A stretch of DNA of 20,849 nucleotides from Deltaproteobacteria bacterium (GCA_038150265.1 JAYOTF010000002.1:177830-198678); one strand, 5' to 3'; positions 7,654 through 18,643 are shown, numbered from the stretch's first letter. Program-made: numbers and translations. Notes: generated by a model not told the origin, from the letters alone.

Positions 7654-9744
7654 ATGCAGCCTGCTCCCCAAAATTGGCGAAACCTCGGCATCATGGCTCA
7701 CATTGATGCGGGAAAGACGACGACGACCGAGCGCATCCTGTACTACACGGGGCGCATTTACAAAATCGGAGAAGTCAACGACGGTTCTGCCACCATGGAC
7801 TGGATGGAGCAGGAGCAGGAGCGAGGCATCACCATCACCTCTGCAGCCACAACCTGTTTGTGGCAGCACGGAGGAGAGGAGTACTACTTCAAGATCATCG
7901 ACACCCCTGGGCACGTTGATTTCACCGTTGAAGTCGAGCGCTCCCTGCGTGTGCTGGATGGCGCTGTGATGGTGCTCTGTGGAGTCGCTGGCGTTCAGCC
8001 TCAGACCGAAACGGTCTGGCGACAGGCGCAGCGGTACAAAGTGCCCTGCATCGCCTTCGTCAACAAAATGGACCGAGCCGGAGCGGACTTCAACAGCGCG
8101 GTTGCTTCGATGAAGGAACGGCTGGCGGCCAATCCGATTCCGATCCAGATTCCGATCGGTGCAGAAGATCGATTCATCGGGATGATTGACCTCGTCACCA
8201 TGGAGGCCATCTTCTACGATAAGGACTCAACCGGAGCGACGTTTGAAAAGCGTGCGATTCCGGAAGAGCTGCAGGAGGAAGCGCAGCAGTGGCGATCCAG
8301 CATGCTGGACCAGCTGACGCTGTTTGATGACGAGTTGATGGAAAAGCTCCTGGAGGAAGAAGAGCCCAGCGTTGCCGAAATCATCAATGCCCTCCGGAAA
8401 GCAACCATCAGCGCAGAAGCCATTCCGGTGCTGTGCGGAAGTGCTTTCAAGAACAAAGGCGTGCAACAGCTGATGGACGCAATTGCTCAGTGCCTGCCCT
8501 CTCCGATGGACGTCCCGCCGATTCATGGCGAACATCCGGAGTCGAAAGAGGAGTTGGTTCGGCATGCCGACCCGACTGAGCCCTTGTGTGCGTTAGCTTT
8601 CAAGATCGCGTCCGATCCCTTTGCGGGACAGCTGACCTTCGTCCGAGTCTACTCAGGCGTTTTGGAAAGCGGCAAGGCTGCTTACGTGACCCGCAAGCGC
8701 AAGCATGAGCGGGTGGGGCAGATCTTCAAGATGCATGCGAACAAGCGAGAAGACGTGGCCTGTTTGGAGGCCGGAGACATCGGCGCGGTCGTGGGCATGA
8801 GTTTGGTGACGGGAGACACGCTCTGCACCAAGGATCACCCGATTGTGCTGGAGCCCACTCAGTTCCCGGAGCCGGTCATTGACCTGGCACTGGAGCCAAA
8901 GACGAAGGCGGATCAAGACAAACTGGAGCAAGCCCTTGAGCGCTTGAGCCAGGAGGATCCTTCTTTCCGGAACCGAGTGGACGGAGAAACCGGGCAGATC
9001 CTGATTTCCGGAATGGGTGAGCTTCACCTGGAGGTCATTGTGGACCGGTTGCAACGCGAGTTTCGGGTGGCGTGCAAGGCTGGAAAGCCACGAGTCGCCT
9101 ACCGTGAAGCGATTACCGGAACTTCGGAGGTGGAATCGCGCTTTGACCGGGTTCTGGATGGCAAGGAACGCTTTGCTGCCTGCACCCTGCAGCTCAAGCC
9201 GAGCGAACCGGGAAGCGGGTTTCAGTTTCACAATCTGTTGAAGCCCAATGTGCTTCCAGAAGAATTTGCGGACTCCGTTGAGCGGGGCGTGCAGATGGGG
9301 CTCAGCAACGGTGTGTTAGCCGGGTACCCCGTCATTGATGTCACCGCAACCCTGGTTGCCGGGGAACACCGAGAGACATCCACTCCGGAAGCATTTGAGA
9401 TTGTTGCCAATGCCGCCTTGCGCGATGCATTGGTTCAGGCGCAGCCGACTCTGATGGAGCCCACGATGCGTGTTGAAGTGGTCGTCCCCCAAGAGTTCAT
9501 GGGAGACGTCATTGGAGACTTCAACTCCAGAGGCGGACGAGTTCGAGGCATGGAAGAACGCTCCGGGATTCAGGTAGTCAATGGGGAGGCCCCGCTGGCG
9601 AAGATGTTCGGATACGCAACCGAGCTTCGATCCATGACGCAGGGAAGAGCCTCTTACACCATGCGTTTCAGTCATTACACGCCCGTTGCGCCAACGGGCC
9701 AGACCAGTTCGTCAGGTTATTCGGCCCTTGCCGTTGACACTTGA
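7654..9744 (+). CDS. fusA: Elongation factor G family protein with divergent domain IV (EF-G2-like)
   Basis: [42 protein letters not shown] and EP-x-MRVEV...MGDVIGD motifs, in the str-operon position. Confidence 0.96.
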   Translation: MQPAPQNWRNLGIMAHIDAGKTTTTERILYYTGRIYKIGEVNDGSATMDWMEQEQERGITITSAATTCLWQHGGEEYYFKIIDTPGHVDFTVEVERSLRVLDGAVMVLCGVAGVQPQTETVWRQAQRYKVPCIAFVNKMDRAGADFNSAVASMKERLAANPIPIQIPIGAEDRFIGMIDLVTMEAIFYDKDSTGATFEKRAIPEELQEEAQQWRSSMLDQLTLFDDELMEKLLEEEEPSVAEIINALRKATISAEAIPVLCGSAFKNKGVQQLMDAIAQCLPSPMDVPPIHGEHPESKEELVRHADPTEPLCALAFKIASDPFAGQLTFVRVYSGVLESGKAAYVTRKRKHERVGQIFKMHANKREDVACLEAGDIGAVVGMSLVTGDTLCTKDHPIVLEPTQFPEPVIDLALEPKTKADQDKLEQALERLSQEDPSFRNRVDGETGQILISGMGELHLEVIVDRLQREFRVACKAGKPRVAYREAITGTSEVESRFDRVLDGKERFAACTLQLKPSEPGSGFQFHNLLKPNVLPEEFADSVERGVQMGLSNGVLAGYPVIDVTATLVAGEHRETSTPEAFEIVANAALRDALVQAQPTLMEPTMRVEVVVPQEFMGDVIGDFNSRGGRVRGMEERSGIQVVNGEAPLAKMFGYATELRSMTQGRASYTMRFSHYTPVAPTGQTSSSGYSALAVDT

Positions 9745-9814
9745 GTCCCTATTTTAACCGTTGCCACGTGCAACAACTACTTGGTAGCAACATTCCTTCA
9801 GTAAAGGAGTATCA

Positions 9815-11014
9815 ATGGCACGAGAGAAGTTTGAGCGCTCCAAGCCTCACGTAAACATCGGAACAGTTGGTCACGTGGACCATGGGAAGACAACCCTGAC
9901 GGCTGCGATCAGTAAAGTGCTGGGCCTGAAAGGCCTCGCAGAAGCCCGAGACTATGGTGACATCGACGCCGCTCCGGAAGAACGTGAGCGCGGAATCACC
10001 ATTGCGACGGCTCACATTGAGTACCAAACCGAAATCCGTCACTACGCACACGTCGACTGCCCCGGGCACGCCGACTACGTGAAGAACATGATCACGGGTG
10101 CGGCCCAGATGGACGGCGGAATCCTCGTGGTTTCTGCTGCAGACGGCCCGATGCCTCAAACGCGTGAGCACATCCTGCTTGCTCGCCAGGTCAACGTTCC
10201 GTACCTCGTGGTGTTCCTGAACAAGGTGGACCAGGTGGACGATGAGGAGCTGCTTGAGCTGGTGGAGATGGAAGTGCGTGAACTGCTGAGCAGCTACGAC
10301 TTCCCGGGCGATGACATCCCGATCGTCAAGGGTTCTGCTCTGGCGGCTACCGAGTGTGCCTCCACGGATCCGGAAGATCCGGCTTATGCTCCGATTCTTG
10401 AGCTGATGGACGCTGTGGACAGCTACATTCCGGAGCCTGAGCGTGCCCTGGACAAGCCGCTGCTGATGTCAGTGGAAGACGTCTTCACGATCTCGGGTCG
10501 TGGAACCGTGGCCACGGGCCGGATTGAGCGCGGAATCGTCAAGACGGGCGAAGAAGTGGAAATCACCGGAATGCGTGACACCGTCAAGACCACCGTCACG
10601 GGCGTTGAGATGTTCCGCAAGACTCTGGACGAAGGTCGTGCCGGGGACAACGTGGGACTGCTGCTCCGCGGACTGAAGCGCGACGAGATTGAGCGCGGTC
10701 AGGTGATCTGCAAGCCGGGCTCCATTACCCCGCACACCGAGTTCAAGGCTCAGGTGTACGTGTTGACGAAAGACGAAGGGGGACGCCACACGCCGTTCTT
10801 CACGAACTACCGCCCGCAGTTCTACTTCCGTACCACTGACGTGACCGGTGTGGTCCACCTGGCAGATGGTGTGGAAATGGTGATGCCTGGTGACAACGTG
10901 GAGATCAACGTGCAACTGATCACCCCCATTGCTTTGGAAAAAGAAGTGCGCTTCGCTATCCGCGAAGGTGGTCGCACGATCGGTTCCGGAGTGGTCACCG
11001 AAATTTTGAAGTAA
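9815..11014 (+). CDS. tuf: Elongation factor Tu
   Basis: [49 protein letters not shown]. Strong RBS AAAGGAG at 9803-9809. Confidence 0.99.
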   Translation: MAREKFERSKPHVNIGTVGHVDHGKTTLTAAISKVLGLKGLAEARDYGDIDAAPEERERGITIATAHIEYQTEIRHYAHVDCPGHADYVKNMITGAAQMDGGILVVSAADGPMPQTREHILLARQVNVPYLVVFLNKVDQVDDEELLELVEMEVRELLSSYDFPGDDIPIVKGSALAATECASTDPEDPAYAPILELMDAVDSYIPEPERALDKPLLMSVEDVFTISGRGTVATGRIERGIVKTGEEVEITGMRDTVKTTVTGVEMFRKTLDEGRAGDNVGLLLRGLKRDEIERGQVICKPGSITPHTEFKAQVYVLTKDEGGRHTPFFTNYRPQFYFRTTDVTGVVHLADGVEMVMPGDNVEINVQLITPIALEKEVRFAIREGGRTIGSGVVTEILK

Positions 11015-11032
11015 GAGACGCTGGAGTCCTAG

Positions 11033-11344
11033 ATGGAGCAGAAAATTAAAGTTCGGTTCAAAGCCTACGATGATAAGCTGTTGGACCAAACCGTGTCCGA
11101 AATTGCACATACGGTTCGGCGAACAGGAGCCGAAATTGTGGGCCCAATCCCCCTACCGACGCGCATCAGTCGCTACACGGTTTTGCGTTCTCCTCACGTG
11201 GACAAAAAGTCCCGCGAGCAGTTTGAGGTCCGAACTCACAAACGTTTGCTGTACATCAAGGACGCCACCGCTCAGACCATGGACGCGTTGATGCGTCTCG
11301 ACGTTTCGGCGGGGGTCGATATCGCCATTAAACAGGAAGAGTAA
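11033..11344 (+). CDS. rpsJ: 30S ribosomal protein uS10
   Basis: [28 protein letters not shown]. Confidence 0.99.
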   Translation: MEQKIKVRFKAYDDKLLDQTVSEIAHTVRRTGAEIVGPIPLPTRISRYTVLRSPHVDKKSREQFEVRTHKRLLYIKDATAQTMDALMRLDVSAGVDIAIKQEE

Positions 11345-11372
11345 GATTCCCGTCGATTAAAGGAAGCCCGCA

Positions 11373-11996
11373 ATGGCAAAGCTCCAAACACTGAGTTTAG
11401 AAAACACACAGATCGGGGAGATCGAGATCGACGATCAGATCGTTGAGACTCCATACCACCCGAATTCGGTCAAAGACACCGTCCTTCAGTTCCTGGCCAA
11501 GCAACGTCAGGGCACGCACTCGACAAAAGACCGAGGCGAGGTGTCTTACAGCACCCGGAAGCTGTACCGTCAGAAAGGAACCGGAAACGCTCGGGCCGGA
11601 AGCGCCAAGTCCCCGATTCGCCGACACGGCGGCGTGGTCTTTGGTCCCAAGCCCCGCGAGTACAACTTCAAGCTCAACAAGAAGGTCCGGTCACTGGCTC
11701 TGCGGTCGCTGTTTGCTGAAAAGTTGCGGCACAACCAGATCCTGGTCGTGGACAATCTGGAGCTGGCGGATCACAAGACCAAGAATTTCAAAGCGGTTCT
11801 GGACAAGCTTCAGGTTGAAAAAGTGCTGATTGTGGTGGACAACCCGTCAGAAAACCTCGCCCGTGCGTCTCGCAACCTGCAAAACGTTCATGTGCTCTCT
11901 TACCGCAGCCTGAACGTCTATGAAATGATGCGCTACCCCAAGGTCGTCTTTGTGAAAGAGGCACTGGAGGCGTTGAAAGAAAGGCTGGCGAAATGA
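11373..11996 (+). CDS. rplD: 50S ribosomal protein uL4
   Basis: RQGTHSTK.RGEV, RQKGTGNARAGS, GGVVFGPKPR. Confidence 0.98.
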   Translation: MAKLQTLSLENTQIGEIEIDDQIVETPYHPNSVKDTVLQFLAKQRQGTHSTKDRGEVSYSTRKLYRQKGTGNARAGSAKSPIRRHGGVVFGPKPREYNFKLNKKVRSLALRSLFAEKLRHNQILVVDNLELADHKTKNFKAVLDKLQVEKVLIVVDNPSENLARASRNLQNVHVLSYRSLNVYEMMRYPKVVFVKEALEALKERLAK

Positions 11997-12280
11997 ACGT
12001 TTATGATGTGCTGAGAGAGCCCCTGATGACGGAGAAGTCCATGATGCTCCGTGAAGAGGGGAACAAGTACGTGTTCCGCGTCCATCCGGATGCGAACAAG
12101 TTCCAGATCAAGCAGGCGGTTGAGACAGCGTTCAAGGTGAAGGTCGAGAAGATCAACACCATGAATGTGACCGGCAAGAAGAAGCGACTGGGACGTCATC
12201 AGGGTAAAAAATCGAACTGGAAAAAAGCAGTGATTACTCTGCCTGAAGGTCAGAGCATTGAATATTTTGAAGGCGCATAA
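11993..12280 (+). CDS. rplW: 50S ribosomal protein uL23
   Basis: [33 protein letters not shown] overlap with rplD. Confidence 0.98.
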   Translation: MNVYDVLREPLMTEKSMMLREEGNKYVFRVHPDANKFQIKQAVETAFKVKVEKINTMNVTGKKKRLGRHQGKKSNWKKAVITLPEGQSIEYFEGA

Positions 12281-12288
12281 GAGGAATC

Positions 12289-13107
12289 ATGCCAGTTAAG
12301 AATTACAAACCAACCTCGCCGGGACGCCGCAACATGAGCGTCCTGACCTTTGACGAGATCACGACCGACAAGCCGGAAAAGAGCCTGTTGGCGCCGATCA
12401 AGCGCAAAGGTGGACGAAACAACCTGGGACGGATCACCACGCGTCACCACGGGGGAGGACACAAGAAGCGTTACCGGATCATTGACTTCAAGCGGAACAA
12501 GTTCGACATTCCGGCCAAAGTCGCTTCCATTGAGTACGACCCGAACCGCAGTGCCCGCATTTCGTTGCTGCATTATGCCGACGGAGAGAAGCGCTACATC
12601 CTCGCACCGCAAGGGCTGAAGGTTGGTGACAAGATCCTTTCGGGTCAGAGCGTGGACATCAAGCCGGGCAACGCGATGCCGCTGAAGAACATCCCGGTGG
12701 GCACAACGCTTCACAATGTGGAGCTGAAGCCAGGCAAGGGGGGGCAGATGGCCCGCTCCGCTGGTTCCAGCGCTCAGTTGGTGGGACGTGATGACAACTA
12801 CGCGCAGCTGAAGCTCCGTTCCGGAGTGATTCGCCGTGTGCGTGTGGAGTGCCTGGCAACGATCGGTGTGGTGGGCAACGCTGACCACATGAACGTGAGT
12901 CTGGGAAAAGCCGGACGCGCTCGCTGGAAGGGCGTTCGCCCGACCGTTCGCGGAGTGGCCATGAACCCGGTGGATCACCCGCATGGTGGTGGTGAGGGTC
13001 GCACGTCAGGTGGCCGACACCCGGTGACCCCATGGGGTAAGCCGACCAAGGGCGCGAAGACCCGCAAGCGCAAAGACACTGACAAGTACATCATCAAGAA
13101 AAGGTAA
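12289..13107 (+). CDS. rplB: 50S ribosomal protein uL2
   Basis: [34 protein letters not shown]. Confidence 0.99.
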   Translation: MPVKNYKPTSPGRRNMSVLTFDEITTDKPEKSLLAPIKRKGGRNNLGRITTRHHGGGHKKRYRIIDFKRNKFDIPAKVASIEYDPNRSARISLLHYADGEKRYILAPQGLKVGDKILSGQSVDIKPGNAMPLKNIPVGTTLHNVELKPGKGGQMARSAGSSAQLVGRDDNYAQLKLRSGVIRRVRVECLATIGVVGNADHMNVSLGKAGRARWKGVRPTVRGVAMNPVDHPHGGGEGRTSGGRHPVTPWGKPTKGAKTRKRKDTDKYIIKKR

Positions 13108-13110
13108 GCT

Positions 13111-13389
13111 GTGCCACGATCCGTAAAAAAAGGTCCCTTCGTCGACGAACACCTTGAGAAAAAAGTCCTCGCTGCCAAGCAGAGTGGAGATCGTAAGCTG
13201 ATCAAAACCTGGTCCCGACGCTCAGTGATCCTTCCGGATTTTGTTGGTGTCAACATCGCCATTCACAACGGGAACAAGTTCATTCCTGTGTTTATTACCG
13301 AAGAGATGGTCGGCTACAAGTTGGGGGAGTTTGCTCCCACCCGGACCTATCGCGGTCATGAAAACAAAAACGACAAGCGTTCCAGGTAA
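13111..13389 (+). CDS. rpsS: 30S ribosomal protein uS19 (GTG start)
   Basis: [25 protein letters not shown]. Confidence 0.99.
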   Translation: MPRSVKKGPFVDEHLEKKVLAAKQSGDRKLIKTWSRRSVILPDFVGVNIAIHNGNKFIPVFITEEMVGYKLGEFAPTRTYRGHENKNDKRSR

Positions 13390-13395
13390 GAAGCA

Positions 13396-13725
13396 ATGAG
13401 TTCAGCTACCGCACGAAACGTCCGGATCTCTCCTCGCAAAGCACGCCTGGTGGTCGATGCCATCCGGGGGCTGAGTGTGCCCTTGGCACTGGCCCGGTTG
13501 AGCAACCTTCCGAACAAGGGAGCCCGAGACGTCATCAAGGTTTTGAAGTCTGCCTTGGCCAACGCTGACCAGCAGGACTCCTCTGTGGATGTCGACAGTC
13601 TGCAGGTCCGCCTGGCTTATGTTGACGAGGGACCAACCCTGAAGCGCTTCCGTCCTCGGGCAATGGGACGCGCATACCCGATTCGCAAACGAACGAGCCA
13701 CATCACCGTTGTGGTGGGCGAGTAA
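13396..13725 (+). CDS. rplV: 50S ribosomal protein uL22
   Basis: [36 protein letters not shown]. Confidence 0.99.
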   Translation: MSSATARNVRISPRKARLVVDAIRGLSVPLALARLSNLPNKGARDVIKVLKSALANADQQDSSVDVDSLQVRLAYVDEGPTLKRFRPRAMGRAYPIRKRTSHITVVVGE

Positions 13726-13745
13726 CATTTCATTAGGAACTCAAC

Positions 13746-14405
13746 GTGGGCCAGAAAGTCAATCCGATCGGACTCCGAGTAGGCATTTCCAAACCGTGGG
13801 CTTCCACTTGGTTTGCAGAGCGTGACTACGCGACGCAACTCAAGGAGGACATGGAAATCCGCAATTACGTCAAGAATCGCCTGCGGCATGCAGCGATCTC
13901 CAAGATTGAAATCGAGCGCACGGCAAAGAAGACCAAGGTCAACATCTTCTCCGCTCGTCCCGGGATCATCATTGGTCGCAAGGGAGACGAGGTGGAGCGT
14001 CTGAAAGCCGAGCTGGCCAAGCGTTCTGAGGGTGAAATCGTTGTCAACATCAAGGAAATCAAGCGTCCTGAGATTGATGCGACCTTGATTGCGGAGAACA
14101 TTGCAAACCAGCTGGAGCGCCGGATTGCGTATCGCCGGGCCATGCGTCGGGCCATGAGCTCTGCCATGCGGATGAACATTGCCGGCTGCAAGATGATGGT
14201 GGCTGGTCGCCTCAATGGGGCTGAAATTGCCCGGACCGAGTGGATCCGGGAAGGTCAGGTCCGCCTGCACACGCTGCGGGCCGACATTGATTACGGAGTG
14301 GCTGAGGCGCATACGACCTATGGTGTCATCGGCGTAAAAGTTTGGGTGTATCGCGGAGAGAACTTCGAGAAGAACCGCACCCGTCGAGCCAGAAGAAAGG
14401 ACTGA
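13746..14405 (+). CDS. rpsC: 30S ribosomal protein uS3 (GTG start)
   Basis: [43 protein letters not shown]. Confidence 0.99.
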   Translation: MGQKVNPIGLRVGISKPWASTWFAERDYATQLKEDMEIRNYVKNRLRHAAISKIEIERTAKKTKVNIFSARPGIIIGRKGDEVERLKAELAKRSEGEIVVNIKEIKRPEIDATLIAENIANQLERRIAYRRAMRRAMSSAMRMNIAGCKMMVAGRLNGAEIARTEWIREGQVRLHTLRADIDYGVAEAHTTYGVIGVKVWVYRGENFEKNRTRRARRKD

Positions 14406-14411
14406 TTCATC

Positions 14412-14828
14412 ATGTTGATGCCCAAACGGACTAAGTTCCGCAAGCAGATGCGTGGCCGCATGAGCAATGATGCTCAAAGCGGTAACTATATCAGCTTCGG
14501 GTCCATCGGACTCCAAGCAACGGAGAGTGGTTACATCACCACCCGCCAGATCGAAGCGGCACGACGTGTCATTTCCCGAGCCATGAAGCGGAGTGGAAAG
14601 ACCTGGATCCGCATCTTTCCTGACAAGCCGGTGACGCGCAAGCCTGCCGAAGTCCGGATGGGAAAGGGAAAAGGCTCCGTGGATACCTGGGTGGCTCCGA
14701 TTCACCCGGGCCGCATCCTTTATGAGATCGATGGGGTTCAGGATGAAGTGGCTGAAGAAGCCCTGCGCCTGGCAGCCTACAAGCTTCCCATCAAAACACG
14801 AATCGTGAAACGGGCCGCTGTTATATGA
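14412..14828 (+). CDS. rplP: 50S ribosomal protein uL16
   Basis: [27 protein letters not shown]. Confidence 0.99.
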   Translation: MLMPKRTKFRKQMRGRMSNDAQSGNYISFGSIGLQATESGYITTRQIEAARRVISRAMKRSGKTWIRIFPDKPVTRKPAEVRMGKGKGSVDTWVAPIHPGRILYEIDGVQDEVAEEALRLAAYKLPIKTRIVKRAAVI

Positions 14829-15031
14829 AAGCTTCAGAACTCCGGGCACTCTCGGTTGAAGAACTCACCCAGAAGCGAGATGAGTTCAAGGAGGAGCACC
14901 TCCGTTTGCGTTGCAACAACGCGTTGCGGCAACTGCAGGACGTGCAGATGCTCAAAAAGCGCCGGCGCGATATTGCCCGAATCAATACCATCCTGAGCGA
15001 AAAGCAGGCTCAGGCGTCAACAATTTCGTGA
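14825..15031 (+). CDS. rpmC: 50S ribosomal protein uL29
   Basis: MKASELR...RRDIARINT, located between rplP and rpsQ. Confidence 0.96.
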   Translation: MKASELRALSVEELTQKRDEFKEEHLRLRCNNALRQLQDVQMLKKRRRDIARINTILSEKQAQASTIS

Positions 15032-15043
15032 CCGTAGGCGAGC

Positions 15044-15298
15044 ATGCAGAAGCTAAAGATTAAACGAGGGGTCGTCGTGAGCGACAAGATGGAAAAGTCC
15101 ATCGTTGTGGCCGTTGAGACGAAAGCCAAGCACCCTCTGTACAAGAAGACGATCAAGCACACGAAGAAGTACACGGCTCACGACGAAGCCAATGAGTGCA
15201 AAGTGGGAGACCTCGTGGAGATTGCCGAGTGCCGGCCGCTGAGCAAGCACAAGCGCTTCCGGCTGATCAAGCGCAATGAAGGAAAGGCTGGAGAATGA
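15044..15298 (+). CDS. rpsQ: 30S ribosomal protein uS17
   Basis: [32 protein letters not shown]. Confidence 0.99.
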   Translation: MQKLKIKRGVVVSDKMEKSIVVAVETKAKHPLYKKTIKHTKKYTAHDEANECKVGDLVEIAECRPLSKHKRFRLIKRNEGKAGE

Positions 15299-15663
15299 TT
15301 CAGACACAGACTCGACTGGAAGTAGCCGACAACTCAGGCGCCAAGAGCATCATGTGCATCAAGGTGCTCGGGGGATCCCGTCGCCGCTACGCTCGCGTGG
15401 GAGACATCATTGTGGCTTCCGTGAAAAGCGCGTTGCCGAACTCGAAGGTGAAGTCCGGTGATGTGGTAAAGGCCGTGGTGGTGCGGACCAAGAAGGAATA
15501 CCGCCGCGCGGATGGCACGCACATCCGCTTCGACAAGAACGCCGCAGTTGTCATTGACAACAAGCGTGAGCCGGTAGGAACCCGTATCTTTGGACCCGTT
15601 GCCCGCGAACTGCGTACGGGTAAGTTCATGCGGATCCTTTCGCTGGCTCCCGAAGTACTTTAA
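15295..15663 (+). CDS. rplN: 50S ribosomal protein uL14
   Basis: [31 protein letters not shown] overlap with rpsQ. Confidence 0.99.
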   Translation: MIQTQTRLEVADNSGAKSIMCIKVLGGSRRRYARVGDIIVASVKSALPNSKVKSGDVVKAVVVRTKKEYRRADGTHIRFDKNAAVVIDNKREPVGTRIFGPVARELRTGKFMRILSLAPEVL

Positions 15664-15672
15664 GGAAAGACG

Positions 15673-16023
15673 ATGTCTACGAAGAAAACGAACCAGCGCC
15701 GCAAGAGCGTTGCGAGAATCAAGCGAGGCGACACGGTGATCGTCATTTCCGGAAAAGAAAAAGGCTCCACTGGAAAGGTGTTGCTGGTTGACTGGAAGAA
15801 CGAGCGTGTGTTGGTGGAGGGTGTCAACATGGTGACCAAGCACATGAAGCCCAACCCTCAGAATCAAGAAGGCGGACGGATTCAAAAAGAAGCCCCGCTC
15901 CACTACTCCAATATCCAGCTGTACAACGCCTCCCTTGAGCGTGGGGTTCGCTTCCGCACCGTCAAGACGGAGTCCGGAGAGAAGCAGCGGATTTGTGTCA
16001 AGACCTCGGAAGTACTGGGTTGA
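15673..16023 (+). CDS. rplX: 50S ribosomal protein uL24
   Basis: KOW motif [29 protein letters not shown]. Confidence 0.98.
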   Translation: MSTKKTNQRRKSVARIKRGDTVIVISGKEKGSTGKVLLVDWKNERVLVEGVNMVTKHMKPNPQNQEGGRIQKEAPLHYSNIQLYNASLERGVRFRTVKTESGEKQRICVKTSEVLG

Positions 16024-16024
16024 A

Positions 16025-16570
16025 ATGCAACAAAGCCATCTATATCAGACCTATCAAACCGCTACGGTTCCTAAGCTGAAGGAGAAGTTCTCCTACGCGA
16101 ACCCCCATCAGATTCCCGGCCTGGTGAAAGTGACCCTGAACATCGGTTTGGGGGAAGCCGTGCAGAATCCGAAAGTGATCGACGCAGCCGTGGAGCAACT
16201 GGCCCAGATCTCTGGACAGAAGCCGGTTGTGACCCGCGCCAAGAAGTCCATTGCAGGCTTCAAGCTCCGCGAAGGCATGCCAATTGGCTGCATGGTCACC
16301 CTGCGAAGTCAGCGCATGTGGAACTTCCTCGACAAGCTCATTCATGTCGCCCTCCCCCGCGTCCGGGACTTCCGGGGCATCTCCCCGCGTGCCTTTGATG
16401 GCCGGGGAAACTACTCCATGGGCCTGAAGGAGCAACTGATCTTCCCGGAAATCGACTTCGACAAGATTGATGCGGTCCGGGGGCTCAACATCGCGATCAA
16501 TACTACTGCGAAAACCGACGAAGAAAGTTTTGCGTTGCTGGAATCGCTCGGGTTTCCTTTCCGAAAGTAA
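16025..16570 (+). CDS. rplE: 50S ribosomal protein uL5
   Basis: The ATG at 16025 (MQQSHL), just after the rplX stop, is preferred over the track start at 15935. Motifs [28 protein letters not shown]. Confidence 0.97.
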   Translation: MQQSHLYQTYQTATVPKLKEKFSYANPHQIPGLVKVTLNIGLGEAVQNPKVIDAAVEQLAQISGQKPVVTRAKKSIAGFKLREGMPIGCMVTLRSQRMWNFLDKLIHVALPRVRDFRGISPRAFDGRGNYSMGLKEQLIFPEIDFDKIDAVRGLNIAINTTAKTDEESFALLESLGFPFRK

Positions 16571-16574
16571 GACC

Positions 16575-16760
16575 ATGGCCAAGAAATCAATGATTGCCAA
16601 GGCGGCCCGAAAGCCCAAGTTTGAAGTTCGGGTCCATAACCGCTGCAACTACTGTGGCCGTCCCCGTGGGTATCTGCGAAAGTTCGGCATGTGCCGCGTC
16701 TGCTTCCGCCAGAAAGCAAGCTTCGGCCTGCTGCCGGGAGTGACCAAGGCAAGTTGGTGA
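16575..16760 (+). CDS. rpsN: 30S ribosomal protein uS14, type Z (Zn-binding, 61 aa)
   Basis: MAKKSMIAK...[10 protein letters not shown]...MCRVCFR...[11 protein letters not shown] at 16575. Confidence 0.98.
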   Translation: MAKKSMIAKAARKPKFEVRVHNRCNYCGRPRGYLRKFGMCRVCFRQKASFGLLPGVTKASW

Positions 16761-16792
16761 ACACCCATTATTCAGTAAGATAAGGTTCTCCT

Positions 16793-17188
16793 ATGTCAAT
16801 GACCGATCCGATTGCGGACCTGCTGACCCGTATTCGTAATGCGAACATGCGCCAGAAGCCCACGCTGAGTGTGCCCAGCTCGAAGATGAAGCGAGCCATT
16901 GTGCAGGTACTCAAGGATGAAGGCTTCATTCAAGACTTCCAGGAAGAAGATGATCAACCGGTGAACCGGATTGACATCACCCTGCGGTACCAGCAGGGCG
17001 TCCCCGTGATCCGCCAGCTCATCCGGGTCAGCAAGCCGGGACTGCGCCAGTACCTCAAGGCTGGAGACATCAAACCGGTGGTGAATGGACAGGGCATTTC
17101 AATTGTGTCCACATCCCAAGGCGTTCTGACCGACCGACAGTGTCGGGAACAACACATCGGAGGAGAAATCCTCTGCAAAGTTTGGTAA
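16793..17188 (+). CDS. rpsH: 30S ribosomal protein uS8
   Basis: TDPIADLLTRIRNA, SKPGLR.Y, STSQGV, GGEILC.VW. Confidence 0.99.
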   Translation: MSMTDPIADLLTRIRNANMRQKPTLSVPSSKMKRAIVQVLKDEGFIQDFQEEDDQPVNRIDITLRYQQGVPVIRQLIRVSKPGLRQYLKAGDIKPVVNGQGISIVSTSQGVLTDRQCREQHIGGEILCKVW

Positions 17189-17203
17189 GCAGAGTTCAAG
17201 ATT

Positions 17204-17743
17204 ATGTCACGAATTGCAAAGCGCCCGATCCCTGTGGCTCCGGGTACAAAAGTTCAATTTAGCAACCGTCAGTTGGTCCTGTCCGGCCCTAAGGGAGAGC
17301 AATCCCTGGCCTTGCATCAAGACGTGAATCTGGACGTAAGCGACACCGCACTGCTCGTGCAGCCGGCCAATCCGGAAGGCAAGCCGTCTCCGATGCTGGG
17401 CACCACGTACGCGCTCATCAAGAACATGATGCAGGGTGTGAGTCAGGGCTTTCAGAAGGAACTGAGCCTCGTTGGTGTCGGTTACCGTGCTGCCCTGAGT
17501 GGCACCCGCCTGGAGCTGAACCTCGGGTTCTCGCACCCGGTGATGTATGAGTTGCCCAAGGGCGTCAGTGCCAACATTACCGCCAACACCAAAATCATGC
17601 TCGAAAGTGCGGACAAGCAGCTGCTCGGGCAGGTTTCTGCAGAGATTCGCAAGTTCCGTCCGCCGGAGCCTTACAAAGGAAAAGGCATTCTGTTTACCGG
17701 TGAGGTCTTGCGGCGCAAAGCAGGCAAGAGTGGCAAAAAGTAA
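17204..17743 (+). CDS. rplF: 50S ribosomal protein uL6
   Basis: MSRIAK.PI, GVGYRA, LGFSHPV, RPPEPYKGKG. Confidence 0.99.
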   Translation: MSRIAKRPIPVAPGTKVQFSNRQLVLSGPKGEQSLALHQDVNLDVSDTALLVQPANPEGKPSPMLGTTYALIKNMMQGVSQGFQKELSLVGVGYRAALSGTRLELNLGFSHPVMYELPKGVSANITANTKIMLESADKQLLGQVSAEIRKFRPPEPYKGKGILFTGEVLRRKAGKSGKK

Positions 17744-17763
17744 GAGCTAATCAAGGATAGAAG

Positions 17764-18120
17764 ATGTCCAAAGTCCGTAGTCGTACCGAAGTTCGCAAAA
17801 CGCGTCACCGTCGCGTACGCAAGAAGGTTTCGGGAACTGCCGCCCGCCCCCGATTGGTGGTGTTCCGCTCCAACCAGCACATCTATGCACAGGCCATTGA
17901 TGACCTCCAGGGCCACACCCTGGCCTCGGCCTCCAGTGTCGGAATGAAGCTGGAAGCAGGAGGAAACAAGGAAGCGGCTCAGCAAGTTGGCAGTGCCGTG
18001 GCCAAGAAACTGATGGAACTTTCCATCAACCAAGTCGTCTTTGACCGTGGAGGCTACCTCTACCATGGTCGCGTCCAAGCAGTTGCAGAAGGCGCACGCG
18101 AGCAAGGACTGGTGTTTTAA
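17764..18120 (+). CDS. rplR: 50S ribosomal protein uL18
   Basis: [28 protein letters not shown]. Confidence 0.99.
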   Translation: MSKVRSRTEVRKTRHRRVRKKVSGTAARPRLVVFRSNQHIYAQAIDDLQGHTLASASSVGMKLEAGGNKEAAQQVGSAVAKKLMELSINQVVFDRGGYLYHGRVQAVAEGAREQGLVF

Positions 18121-18140
18121 CCCAAGCTGAGGAACAGAAG

Positions 18141-18641
18141 GTGGCAGAGAAGCCAGGAGAAAAAAACGAACTGATCGAAAAAGTGATCAGGGTCAATCGA
18201 GTGGCCAAGGTGGTGAAAGGCGGCCGTCGCTTCAGCTTCAGCGCCCTCGTCGTGGTTGGTGACGGAAACGGAAAAGTGGGACTCGGGCTGGGCAAAGCCA
18301 ACGAGGTGACGGAAGCGATCCGCAAGGCCGTAGTGGAAGGAACCCGCCGGATGCAGTTTGTGCAACTGGAAGAAGGCTCCATTCCTCATGAAATCAACGG
18401 ACATGCGGGATCAGGCCGCGTGCTCATGAAGCCGGCCTCCAAGGGACACGGCATCATTGCCGCAGGTCCGGTCCGTGCGGTCATGGAAGCCGTCGGCATC
18501 TCGGACATCAGCGTCAAGTGCCTGGGCTCCCGCAACCCACACAACCTGGTCCGCTCCACCCTCAAAGCCCTTTATGAACTGCGTAGCTTCGACCAAGTTG
18601 CTCGCCTACGCGACAAAGAAGTCGCTTACCTGCGAACCTGA
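18141..18641 (+). CDS. rpsE: 30S ribosomal protein uS5 (GTG start)
   Basis: [37 protein letters not shown]. Confidence 0.99.
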   Translation: MAEKPGEKNELIEKVIRVNRVAKVVKGGRRFSFSALVVVGDGNGKVGLGLGKANEVTEAIRKAVVEGTRRMQFVQLEEGSIPHEINGHAGSGRVLMKPASKGHGIIAAGPVRAVMEAVGISDISVKCLGSRNPHNLVRSTLKALYELRSFDQVARLRDKEVAYLRT

Positions 18642-18643
18642 CC

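Noticed and set aside
7654..9744. fusA as a pseudogene or a TetM/TetO ribosomal protection protein
   Set aside because: The ORF is full length with intact EF-G motifs ([29 protein letters not shown]) and sits in the str-operon position. Divergence is concentrated in domain IV.
15935..16574. Track starts for rplE (15935) and rpsN (16467) implying N-terminal extensions
   Set aside because: They overlap upstream genes. Starts at 16025 and 16575 give canonical lengths.
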